64,000 nt of DNA from NCBI GenBank assembly GCA_031835245.2, contig JAVKOQ020000052.1, forward strand, positions 124,001 to 188,000, in the 5' to 3' direction. The DNA is from Balamuthia mandrillaris (lineage: Eukaryota). This document shows, one piece after another, positions 1 to 13,661 of this stretch (its first letter is position 1; every line of letters starts with the position of its first letter). The notes below the pieces were generated by a model, which searched no databases, was not told the origin of the DNA, and was given only the letters and a program-made list of their open reading frames with translations. Both the position numbers and the translations under genes were made by a program.

Positions 1-122
1 GAGGGGAGAGAGAGAAGGAACGAAGAACGAAGAAGAGAAGGGAACAAAACGAGAGAAACGCGGAGAAGTAGGAAGGGGTCGAAAGGGCTGCATATTTATG
101 TTGCACGGACAAAGAAATGGCG

Positions 123-167
<45 letters not shown>

Positions 168-169
<2 letters not shown>

Positions 170-695
170 AAACTTTGAGGGCAAAGGCCATGGCCTCGTA
201 GACTTCGAGACCGATGGAGGCAAGGGCTTTTTCATTGTCATCCTTAGCGGTAGCATACTTGTGCTTGTACTCTTCGAGGGCTTGTTTGACGGCTTGGGGG
301 TCCAACTGGTCAAGAGGCACAGCTTCCACAGCGTTGATGTCACAGGTAGTGTCCTTGATGGTGGCAAAACCGCCGCTCACAAAATATTCCGCGTCTCCTC
401 TGTCGCTTCCCACCACTGAGACGGTGCCAGGAACGAGCTCGGTGACCATAGGAATGTGGTAGGGGTGAACTCCCATCTCTCCAGAGGCAGCAGGGAGGGT
501 GACCATTTTCACCTTCTCTCCGTTGATGGGGGTGGAGTGAGGGCAAGCCAGAGTAAGGCTCAGTCTGTCTTCAGTCATGTCGGCATAGCCACGGGCGAAT
601 GCAGGTGGCAAGCGGCCAGCCTTGCTAAAGCTGATCAGTCTGTTCGCCACAACAGGAGTCCTGGCTCCAAGTCCTACAAGTCCGCTCCGCAACAT
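168..695 (-). CDS. ATP5F1D: Mitochondrial F1 ATP synthase subunit delta (homologue of bacterial epsilon), intronless
   Basis: ATG at 695 gives MLRSGLVGLGARTPVVANRL... (Arg-rich transit peptide), then VTLPAASGEMGVHPYHIPMVTELVPGTVSV and YFVSGGFA motifs plus a C-terminal helical hairpin. Confidence 0.95.
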
Positions 696-1272
696 CGTCG
701 TTAAGAATCTTGCACTTGGGGGGGGGAGGGGGAAAAAGTAGCGGTGGTCGGCTTTTTTTTTTTTGCTTCCTCCGCTACAATTGCTATTCTTCCGTGGTGC
801 TGCTGCAATACGATAATGTCGTCCACGGCTACGCTGTTCAGGCACGAAGAGATCGTTCCCTTCGTGTCAATAACTGATGCATCACAAAACCATAATGCAA
901 AGGGCAGGCCTCTTGGCCCAATGGGGAGCCTTGTGCTGATGTCACCGCTGCAAATTTTTTTTTTTGCTTGGTTTATAATTTTTCTTAAGTGCAAAGGGGG
1001 GGTAGCGCAGGCCAGCAGCTGCCCTATTATTTTTCTTTTTTTCCGTCTTTAAAGAAGCAGCAGCACAGTGTAAAAAGGGCCAACAACAAGGTGCGGCAAC
1101 TCGTCCTTCCCTTCACTTCTTCCAAACTCCTTCCTCAGTATCCTCCACTTTTTTTGGTTATTCGCCTTATTCCTGTTGTCACTTTTATAAAGGCCTATTC
1201 AGTGTATTTTTAAAGTGAAAAAAAAATCTGTGGTTCACATTCTCACGGAATCCAATCCTATCTCACAGGAAA
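696..1272. promoter_or_regulatory. Bidirectional promoter region shared by the ATP synthase delta and beta genes
   Basis: Divergent start codons 577 bp apart; contains the palindrome TGATGCATCA (875-884) and GCTGATGTCA (935-944); possible 5'-UTR intron of beta (GTGCGG at 1091 to CAG at 1268). Confidence 0.6.
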
Positions 1273-3630
<2,358 letters not shown>

Positions 3631-4098
3631 ACACACCACCTTCTATTTTCCCCCTTGTTTCTTATTTTTTTAGAGTAATTATTATTGCATTCTTGTCAAT
3701 CCCCTCTTTCCCTCCCTCCCCTTCTCTTTCCCTTTGCACCCCATGATGTTTTTTAGAGACCCCTATCTCTCCCCAATAAAAATTGGCCTCAAGGTTAGGG
3801 TAGCGTAGGGTAGGGCTTGGATGGGCGCGGGGTTATTGCATGTGGTTGTGGTTGTGGTTGTTGCCAATTGAAAATACGCAATTTGCGAAAAAAGAGAAAG
3901 AAAAGAAACAAGTTGGCCGCTGCGCTTGCCCTCCCCCTGCTGCTGCTGCTGAGGCCGAGAGAGACTTTGCGTTTAACTGCTTTTGCGGCGTTACAAAAAC
4001 TAGGCGCCCTCATTCTTCAGTTAGGGACAACAGCAAGGCAAACAGCCCAACAATTGCAACGAAATTTTTAAAACATCAACAACAACAACAACAACAAC

Positions 4099-6151
4099 AT
4101 GGACGAGCTTGACGCCCTTCTGGGGAACTTGGGCAAAGGTTTGTCTACCGCCCCGTTTTTTGTTACCTCTGTGAGGGTCAAACGTGGCAACGTTTTCTTT
4201 TGTGTCGTTTGTTGGTTAAACACTAATTTGCAACCACGACCCTAACCACCCACAACTGTAACCGCCGCGATGAACGAACGTAGACATGGGTGGTTCTGGT
4301 GGCGGTGCTAACGCCTCCACTCAAGTGGACCTGCAATCTCTGGACAGCTTGGTGGCAGGGCTAGACCTTGGCAGCCCACAGCAAGACCGCCTCAAAGACC
4401 GCCTGCAAGAAAAGCGGGTCTCTCGAAGAATGTCACGGCGAGGCGGCATGGAGGTCAGCAAAGGTACTCCCGCTGCTGCGACCAGGTCTCGTCCCACCTC
4501 TGGTTTGGATGATCTTGAAGCCCTTATGAACGAACTTGGAGGAGGATCGAGTACCCCCGCTGCTGCCCCTGCGCCTGCCCCTGCTCCGGTCCCTCAGGCA
4601 ACACGCCCTGCCTCTACTGCCGTTACTGCCAAAACGCTCTCTCCTCCCACCACCGGCAATGGGCTGCCGCCTCGTTCACGACCGGTGTCCGGCCTTGATG
4701 AGCTGGATGCCCTTATGGCGGGTCTGGACTCGTTCCACGCTCCTGCAAGCACCTCTTCTCCTTCGCCACCAACTTCTGGCCCTACTGCCCAAAAACCCAC
4801 CGGTGCTTCCAAGCCTTCTTCTTTCACCAGCAGTGCTGCTCCTGCTGCTGCTGCAAGTGGTCGACCAAGCCAAGCCGCCGGAGATGGACTTATGGATGAC
4901 CTTGACGCTATTATGGCCTCTTTGGGGGGATCGGAGGCTTCTTCGGGGCCAGCTTCCGCTCCCGCCAAGGTAAATCCTGTTCGTTCTCAACAAGCCACAC
5001 CTTCACGCCTTTCTGTGGGCGCAGGGGCACGACCCGCCTCTCAAGACTTTGACCTGGACTCGCTCATTGGCTCGCTTAGCGCAGATACAACCTCCAACAC
5101 GCTTGCCCAACAACGCAAATCAATTTCACCACCTTCCCCCTATTCTCCGTCATTGCAATCGCAACCTCAACCTCAACCTCAACCACAGCACCAAAGCTCC
5201 TATGCCCCTCACTCTCCGACAGCCCAGCCGTACTCACAACATCATCAACCTCAACAGCAACCCTACCAACAACAACAACAACCCTACCAACTACCGTACC
5301 AGCAACCCTACTCACAGCAACCTCCTCACCAACAACGGTATCCCCCCGCTGCTGGCGGTATGGGCTTGGGTCCAGGACCGGCGGGACCCGGATCTGCAGG
5401 ACTAGGTGCAGGAGCGATGTCAGGCGTAGCGGCCAAGGGCATGTGTACTACGTGCAGCAAGCCTATCTATGGACAAATGCTGCAAGCGTTGGGCAAAGTC
5501 TTCCACCCGAATTGCTTTGTGTGCGGCAACTGCGGCAGTTCTCTGGGCACTGGCTCCTTCTACCAAACAGACGGCTTGCCTCAATGCCAGCGTTGCTATC
5601 AGTCATTGTTCTGCGCGCGCTGCGCCCACTGCGATCAACCCATCGAGGGCTCCTGTATCACTGCCATTGGCAAAAAGTGGCACGTGAATTGCTTCAGCTG
5701 CGCGCAATGCCTCAAGCCCTTTGGCACCAGCACTTTCTTCGAGCGAGATAGCAATGCCTTCTGTCAGAGCTGCTTCTATGGCATTTTCTCCAGCCGATGT
5801 GCCTCCTGCGAACGACCTATTTCAAGCGACACCGTCAACGCGTTGGGCCGCCAATGGCACCCCGAATGCTTTGCGTGTACTCACTGCAAAAAGGTGTTTG
5901 GCAGCGAGCCCTACTTTGAACACAATGGCCGCCCTTACTGCAAGCTCCACTACCACACACAACAGGGCACCACCTGCGGTTGTGGTTGCGGTCGTCCCGT
6001 TATGGGACGCGTCGTCCATGCACTTGGTAAGCAATGGCTCCCTGAACACTTTGTGTGTGCTTTCTGCATGAACGGCATCGCTGGTCAGAACTACTCTGAG
6101 AAAGAAGGCAAGCCCTACTGCTCGGTCTGCCACACCAAACTCTACGGCTAG
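4099..6151 (+). CDS. PXN: Paxillin-family LD-motif/LIM-domain adaptor; exons 4099-4138, 4284-6151
   Basis: MDELDALLGNL start plus five further LD-like motifs (LDSLVAGL, LDDLEALMNEL, LDELDALMAGL, MDDLDAIMASL, LDSLIGSL) and four C-terminal LIM domains. Confidence 0.92.
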
Positions 6152-6385
6152 GCTTCTCCTTTTCCTTCCTCCTGTGTTTTAGTATACGCTTATATGTGGA
6201 TGATAAATGATTGACGAAGGCCACACACCTCCTTTCACCACACGCTCCTGAATGACATGATAATGTGCTTGATTAGAAAGAACTTGTTCACCACGAAAGA
6301 ATACAAAAAAAAAGTTGAAAAGAGAAAAGCGGAAAGGATTGCTATCAAGTAGGTTGCAGTCAATTGGTTGGGTGAGGGAATGGAG

Positions 6386-7687
6386 CTATTTGGCTGGGGT
6401 TTTGAAGCAGGCCAACTTGTGGGTCTTCCAATCACGGCTCTGGCATGTTCTGTCGCAATAGGCAACATTACGGCACGCTCCGCACCACTTGGGCGTTGAC
6501 AGAACCGCTTCGCAGGAACCACAGAGGACATTGCCTGGAGCGGCAGAGGCCGGTCCTCCTTGCACGCGACTTCTCTGTTTCCCTGTCGCAAAGTTGAAAC
6601 TAAATCCTCCTCCTCCAGCCAAAGCACCCCCATAGTTAGCGGGCTCCCCTGTCATTGCTTTGTCGATAGACTTCTGGGTGAGCGACTTGGAGAAGAATGT
6701 TGGGTCAAAGCGGCGAGGGTCGGGCTGACGCAACAACTTGTAGGTACAACTGCCCTGTATCTCGTGCAACGCCTTGTGATACTTGTGGGTGGAGGGTGGA
6801 TACCTCTTTAATTTTTCGATGCGCTTGGCGTGCCGACAGACAGCTACAGGGTCTTCAGGCACACCGCAGTTGGCACCGTCCAGCAATATGGTGGTCCGGC
6901 CCTGCTCATCGGGCATAGGTTGCGGGTGCACCTTCTTGAGCACAAGCTCGTGGTCGAGGTAGTCGCCGAGGTCGTAGACCCAGTAGATCCTATCTCCTTC
7001 TGCCCGCAGCACATCGCTGACGAGTACGTCCTCCGTGTTGACGCAGGCATAACCTCCTCGACGATTGCGCAGGTGCATTGTATCAATGGTGTGAGCGCGG
7101 GTGAAAATGAAGCTCAATTCCTTATTGTCTTCCGGCCGCAGCCTGTCCTTGTAGGCGGAGGTGGGCAGGCGGTAGGCGTAGCTATGATAGCCACGGGCGT
7201 ATTGCATGGCAGGGATGAGCACACGGTCGGCCAGGGCGTGAAGAGGCATGGAGGCTGGCACACGAAGCAGCCGCCATACGAGAGGCCTCAGGTAGCGAAC
7301 GCGTATCTCAATGTCATACGTCTGGTTGGAGCGCTCCTCGGTACGAGTGGACTTGAAGTAGGAGAGCACGTGGTTGACGATGGCTTCGCCAGCTTCCCGG
7401 CGGCTGTTCATAAGGTTCATGTCCCACTGCTCTTGCATTAGCTTGGTCATCTTGCCCACCATGTCCTCCAAGTCTTCATCATCGGAATAGCACAACTCGT
7501 CGTAGTCCCAGTATTCTTCTGAGACCTTCAGGTTCTCCTTGGTCTCCTGTCGAACCTTCTGGCGGCGTGCTCCAGACATGAGGGGCACCACCTGCCCTCC
7601 CTTGAGAGCCTCTGCGGGAAACCACGGCTCGCTTGCCAGCGAGTGAGTTGTGTTATATTCGTAGGTAAAAGAAGCAGGGGAAGCCAT
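6386..7687 (-). CDS. pRiA4b ORF3-like (MM3350-like) domain fused to a C-terminal MYND zinc finger, intronless
   Basis: YDIEIRV...PLVWRLLRVPASMPLHAL...YHSYAY...YWVYDLGDYLDHELVLKKV...LLDGANCGVPED resembles the pRiA4b ORF3 family; CGSC...CGACRNVAYCDRTCQSRDWKTHKLAC is a MYND finger. Confidence 0.8.
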   Translation of the reverse strand: MASPASFTYEYNTTHSLASEPWFPAEALKGGQVVPLMSGARRQKVRQETKENLKVSEEYWDYDELCYSDDEDLEDMVGKMTKLMQEQWDMNLMNSRREAGEAIVNHVLSYFKSTRTEERSNQTYDIEIRVRYLRPLVWRLLRVPASMPLHALADRVLIPAMQYARGYHSYAYRLPTSAYKDRLRPEDNKELSFIFTRAHTIDTMHLRNRRGGYACVNTEDVLVSDVLRAEGDRIYWVYDLGDYLDHELVLKKVHPQPMPDEQGRTTILLDGANCGVPEDPVAVCRHAKRIEKLKRYPPSTHKYHKALHEIQGSCTYKLLRQPDPRRFDPTFFSKSLTQKSIDKAMTGEPANYGGALAGGGGFSFNFATGKQRSRVQGGPASAAPGNVLCGSCEAVLSTPKWCGACRNVAYCDRTCQSRDWKTHKLACFKTPAK

Positions 7688-7763
7688 GATGTCTATCTAT
7701 TTCTCCTTCCGCTGCCACGCTCTCCTGATGCAGCAACAAGAACTAGAACAACAACAACAAGCA

Positions 7764-7797
<34 letters not shown>

Positions 7798-7908
7798 CCA
7801 CTACCACTACTGCTGCTGCTGCTGGCCACAGTGATGCTTGCAACGTGCAAACGTCGTTTTGTAGGTTTGGGGCGAGGTCTGAGGGGTAGTCAGATAAGAA
7901 ATGGCGGG

Positions 7909-7956
<48 letters not shown>

Positions 7957-8335
7957 CTCAACAAGTCTGCCATCATCATTCCTTCTTCTTGCATCCGCTC
8001 CACCCTTTTGCTTTGAGTTTGGCTTATGTGCACAACAGTTGTAGCATTGCTGAGCAAAACACGTTGCAGCAAAAATGACCGACATGCTCCTTGGTTTGCT
8101 CTTCGAGAAAGACTTGCATAGCGGAAAATATTTGTCCCGTCTCTCTCTCGCCTCCCCGGTTACTCTCTTCTCTCTGCCCAAGACCTTCGTCAGTGATCCC
8201 TTTGCAACAAACTGCTGCCATCAAGAAAGAAGTATCTAACTCAAGAAGGCAAGAATATTCGCCATGTGAGCTCTTTGAATATCCAGTTCTGGGCGTCTAC
8301 CAACGCTGGATGGCGAAAATGGGTTGGTCGAACCC

Positions 8336-10526
8336 CTATGCGAGCTGGTGGGCAATGACGAAGGAATGAGCACCACCGGCCCCCACTGATATGGCTTGTT
8401 GGAGAGAAGAAGCGCTTGGATTTGGGATGGGACAGCAGCGCCCACTTCCAGCACCAGTAGCACCGCCAGCAGCAAATGAAAGGGAGAGTGAATGGGGTTT
8501 CGCTCTATCTTTCGTGTCTCCGGTGCCAAGATTACCATGTTCATTCCATCCCCAACTCCACAGCCTTCCATCCCCTTATTATAAAACAACGACATGTTTA
8601 GACACGGTGATGCAAGAGGAAGAAGATCGCAGGTATAAAGATCAGGCAAGCGAACCTGTAAGCATGATGGCATGCTCGGAGCCACAGGCGAGGTCTGCCA
8701 CCAACCTATCTGTTAGACCTTCAACTTGCAAGAGAGCGGGCCTGTGGCCGTTCTGATGAGTGCCGCCGTCGCTGCCACGGCCAAGCTGTCCCCAGTTGTT
8801 TCTACCCCAGCTGAAAAGCCTGTCTCGTCCCTCTGCAAACAGTAGATTTGAGGCAAGCAAGCGATGCTTCATAAGTATAATAAATATGAAGAGAAGAAAG
8901 CAGAGATGCAAATAACTGCACCCGAGAGAGCAAGGTTGAAGCTCCACCCACAAAAGATTTGGTCAATGCTCTTGTCTTCAAGATCTTCTACCAGCTGAGG
9001 AAGCGGATGTACTGTTGCTGGGCTCTTTGTTGTGGTGCAACTACCGTCACCTCCTGTTCTTCTCTTTGGAACTATGCGTCGTTTCCTGCCACGCTCTTGT
9101 GGTGTTGTAGCTCGACTACGTTCCACACCTTCACCGCTCTGCGTAGGAAGTGTTGGTGGTGTAGCTATATTGCTAGAAGTGGGTGCCATAGTAGTAGCAT
9201 CATGCCGTTCTCGTTGAGCTACACTTGTGCTGCTGCCGCGACCACTATTGCCGTAGGAAGGTATTGCAATGCCCAATTGGCCAAAGGAATTATCTCCCCA
9301 CGTGTAGACATGACTCTTTTCGCATTCATCTCTTGTCAGGCAGAGGGAATGTTTCCACCCGCAACGCACAGCGATAACTCTTTGCGCGCCTCTCACTTTG
9401 GTGGCAGTACCCTTTGTTAATGGCTCAATAGTAGCAAGGGATGGAGTTGGCACTACTGACAAAGTGTGACCCAGTCCTAGTTGCCCATACTTATTCCAAC
9501 CCCATGCATACAATTCTCCACTTTCTATTGATTAAGAGGAACGTGCATCTGGTTACATTAGAAAAAGAACAAGCACAGGAAAACTAAGGAGAGAAAGCCC
9601 AAAGGACAAGAAACAGAAAGAATACATGCCAGTAATGAGGGCAGAATGGCGTACACCACAGGAGATGTGGCGTACGGGCGGGCCTCCCCAAGGCAGCGCT
9701 TGTGGCCTAGTGAAAACCATAGGCTTTCTTGCTGTACTGAGGAGAGCAGATTCCGAGCTTGAAGGGGGTGCCTCTTTCTGTGGTGCTTCTACTCCCTCGT
9801 CCCCATTCGCTTCCAACTGTTGTTGGGATGGCGCCACTGCAGCGTCGGGAATACCAAGCTGGCCGTATTGAGAGGAACCCCAGCACCACACCACTCCTTC
9901 CTCTGCTCTTAGTGATGAGAACAAGAACGCTGGAACAAGAGAAGAGAACGAGAGAAGAAGAACGAGAACAAGAAGAACAGCAGAGAAGCGAACCATCAAG
10001 GGCGAGGGAGTGGTTCCAGCCTCCTTGCAACTGCACAATTGGTCTATGGCGGGCAGTGGTGCCATCGGAGGAAAAGGGAGGAAACAGGACAAGTTGAGGG
10101 GAGGTACGGTTGCTCGTGTCGCCCAAGCCCAACTGGCCCTCCTCAGAGCAGCCCCACGCCCATACCTGTTGGTCTTTTCCTCGTCAGCTTGTTTGAAAGG
10201 CTTGAGGCAAAGCAAGCAAACAAGGTCAGTGAAGTACCAGTGGTGAGGCCAAGGCTATGCGAAGTACCGGCCACCACCAACTTCCAACCAGCTGCCCGTT
10301 CTTGCTCTTCCTCTTCGTTGATGGGATGGGGCAGCTCCGCATTCACCGGGTCCAGAAGAGGGACCAGTTGAGGGAGGCTGTGGTCCTCCGCGTCGCCGAG
10401 GCCTAGCTGCCCATGGAAACCCGACCCCCAGCTCCACAACCGCAGTCTTTGCGGGAGCGCCGCTCCTCCCGCTGCCGCCGCCAGCACTCTTTCTTTGCTC
10501 TGCTGCCTGCTGCTGCCCTCCTCCAT
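8336..10526 (-). CDS. RCC1-repeat beta-propeller protein (SERGEF/Ats1-like), multi-exon
   Basis: Seven repeats of WSWG.xx.GQLG...G..HS type (WSWGSGFHGQLG, WGSSQYGQLG, YAWGWNKYGQLG, YTWGDNSFGQLG, FSWGRNNWGQLG, WSWGWNEHGNLG); last exon ends GAGGAHSFVIAHQLA* at 8336. Confidence 0.88.
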
Positions 10527-11043
10527 GCCTCTCGTCCTTCTCGTGGGAGGTGAAATACCTTGGCCTGGGGAATTTATGTCGACGGCCCTTCCAATTAAAC
10601 AATTCCAAGAAAAACTTTGGCTGACATCAAATGAAAATAATTCAAAAACTTTTTGAATAAAAAAAAGGAATAAGACCAAAAACAAAAAGAGTAGCGCACC
10701 CAACAACAATAGGGGAAGGGCAGGGCAGGGCAGGGCAGGGCAGCAGCAAGCAAGACAAAAGAAGCACGAGTAGAGCTTACTTACAACAAAGTGACACAAC
10801 AACACCAACACCTAGGTCTTGCGTCGTTTTTTTCGTCGTGGCTACTCCAAATCTCAGCGTGAAGTTTCCCCCGTTTGCGGCAGCACCCCTGCAAGCGGAA
10901 AGAAAACAAGGCAGCTCGCCCAAGTTCCGCTCTCGTTGGTTCGTTTCACAACCAAAAAAACTCCTCCGCCTTCCACTCTCACTTCCCTTCGTTTCTTATA
11001 ATTGTTCTTTCTCCCCCCGGAGATCAAAACAACACTCACTTTT

Positions 11044-11093
<50 letters not shown>

Positions 11094-11212
11094 CTCCATA
11101 CCACATGAGCAGCAACGTAGCCAGCAAAAGCAGTAGAAGCAGTTCCTACTGGCGTTCCCGGTTAAAGTAAAAGTGCTTCTGGACGAATGGTGGACACTAC
11201 TTCTGCCACACA

Positions 11213-13623
11213 ATGTCCGACAACAACAACAACAACAATACAACAAAACCACGGAACGAAACTTCTTCCTCTCAACAAGAACAACATCAACAGCAGAAGC
11301 CGGTTTACTACTTTCGGCCGGCGCAGCAGCTACCATTCATCCGCCCATTAGCTGCTAGCCCACTCTTGCAAGTGACAGCACTCGCTGCTCAACGACGACA
11401 ACAACAACACAGAAACAGTTCCGGAGGAGAAAGTGAAGGGGGTGGAGGAGAAGGAGACGGTAGCAGCGGTGCGCCCAAGCAAACGCCACCCACCATCTCC
11501 GTTAGTATTCCTGTTTCTTCTTCTTCTTCTTCTTCTTCTTCTTCTTCTGCACATAAAAAGCGAAAACGAGAGAATGAATCGCAGCAACAACAACAACAAG
11601 ACAACAACACAGGAGAGGCAAAGGAGCAGAAAGCTGCCCGCCGTCGTCTTCGCCAGCACCCTCTCAGCTGGCTCAAGCCACCAGCTGCCAGCAGTGGTGC
11701 TGCTATAGAGATGATAGATCTAACAGGCAACAGCCTCAATAATGACGGCTGTATTGTGTCTCTTTCAGCGCCGCCTTCCTCCCCTACATTTGCTCCTCCT
11801 ACAACAGAACCACAAACTACAGGGGAGCATGCTACTGCTCCTCTTCCTACTTCTGCTGACACCCAACCTATTCCCTCTTCATCGCCCCCTTCAGCTCCCT
11901 CATCTTCCTCTGACCCTTTATCTTCCTCCCCCTCTCTTCCCTCCTCATTATCGTCCTCCTCTTCCATCATCACCAACACTTCTCCTTCCACAGCTACTTC
12001 CGCACAAATGGCCGGAGATTTCTTACCTTCTTTTGCGTCATCATTTGCATCCTCTAGCGGGTCGTACTCTCACCCTACCAATTCCTTCTCTCACCAACCA
12101 ACAATGAGCTACCGTCCTTCACCGTCAGCAATACTAGAAAACGCGATGGAGAGACTGCAAACGCTGCGCTTTCCTCCTCTGTTACCATCACTGTCAAGTC
12201 CCCAACTTTCTCATCAATCTCCTTATCATCCTTATCATCATTATCAATCCCCTCCCCTGTCATCCTCTGCCTCTACAACCAGCGCCGCCCCTTATAATCT
12301 TATTAACAGCTGTGGTAGCAGCAACGATAATGCTATTGATCTAACGAGCGAAGAGGTGGACGTCGTTACCCTTGACAGTGAAGCCGAAGATGAGGACGTC
12401 CTGATGGAAGTACCCTATGGGCAGATTAGAGCAACGGTGCGTATCCGTGCCGTTTTATCCTTGTTTACACATCACAGTTTAGATAACTAGAGTTGTTGAC
12501 AGATTCTCGGGATGGAGCACTTCCAAGCAACTGTCCGCCCGTACGAAAACCTTAGTTTGGTGCCACGTAACAATCCTGAGTTTGTTCTCCCCCTTTGTTT
12601 CGCTTTGCTTTTTTTTTGTCTGAAGCTGAACGTTGTTTCTGTTACTTGTACAACACAGCACCATTCAAGTCAATAACGAAAAAGGAGAAGTAGTTGGCTT
12701 TCTAGACACACTCGTAACAGAGTGCTTCCATTCGCTCCTTCAAAGGGGAACCATACGCATCAATGCATTTATCATGGAGGGCAACGCCATCCACAACCGG
12801 CATAAGGTCCCTTTTCTTTGTTATTGACCGCTCTACCATCTGATGGTGTACCAATCGTTCAGTAACTCAATTTAGATGCCAGTGCTTTTACAATTGTGGG
12901 GAAGAAGTAAGTATGAACAGAACATAGTAGAACGTATACGCAGACACGGGTACTTTTTGTTCAAATACATGCCGGTGAACCCCCATGACAAAATTAAATT
13001 CGACAGAGAACAGTTGTTGACAACTTCGGGCGAAGGTTCACTCTCTATCCCTTCCCTTTCACCCGCTTGAGGTCCTTACCTTCTTAAAATAGGAGGATCC
13101 TACAATGTTGGTGGTGGTGCCTTTGATCTTGAAAGCGAAATCGAGAAGTTGTTCGATTCAATTCGACAGACTGCTGAGAATTTGCCAGAACAAGAGCCAC
13201 CTCCCTGTAATATTATGCACCCTTATCCCGTTTCACTCTTCCTTCCATCAGTTATCTCTTATCCCGTCCTAATGAAATTCTACTCTATTCTTGAATACAG
13301 CGATTACTACTCCATTATTTCCCCATCAAAAGCAAGCGTTGCATTGGATGATGGAGAAAGAGCACTTACGCTCCAGCTTTAGTGATGAGCATAAGGTAAT
13401 CTATTAGCTCTTTTTTTCAGCTACTCTTTCTTTGGGTTTCACGTTCCCGAACAATTCCATCTCTCCTCCAACCTTCAATAAAGGCGCTATGTTGGACTGA
13501 GCAAAGTGAGAATGGCGAGGTGCGCTATGTCAATACTGCCACTACTGAAATTAGGCAAGAGTTGCCAAGACTGGCTCGAGGCGGTATTTTGGCTGATGAG
13601 GTGGGTCACTGCAGTTATTTTCT

Positions 13624-13661
<38 letters not shown>

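Noticed and set aside
696..845. N-terminal 50-aa extension of the delta-subunit ORF in the track
   Set aside because: Starts at a non-ATG codon and crosses homopolymer promoter sequence; ATG 695 gives a proper transit peptide
3795..3815. Telomere or interstitial telomeric array
   Set aside because: Only one perfect TTAGGG plus degenerate units; too short
8336..10526. UVR8 photoreceptor assignment for the RCC1 protein
   Set aside because: Lacks the three GWRHT motifs (has GWNHS, GVRHS, GWKHS, GWSFN)
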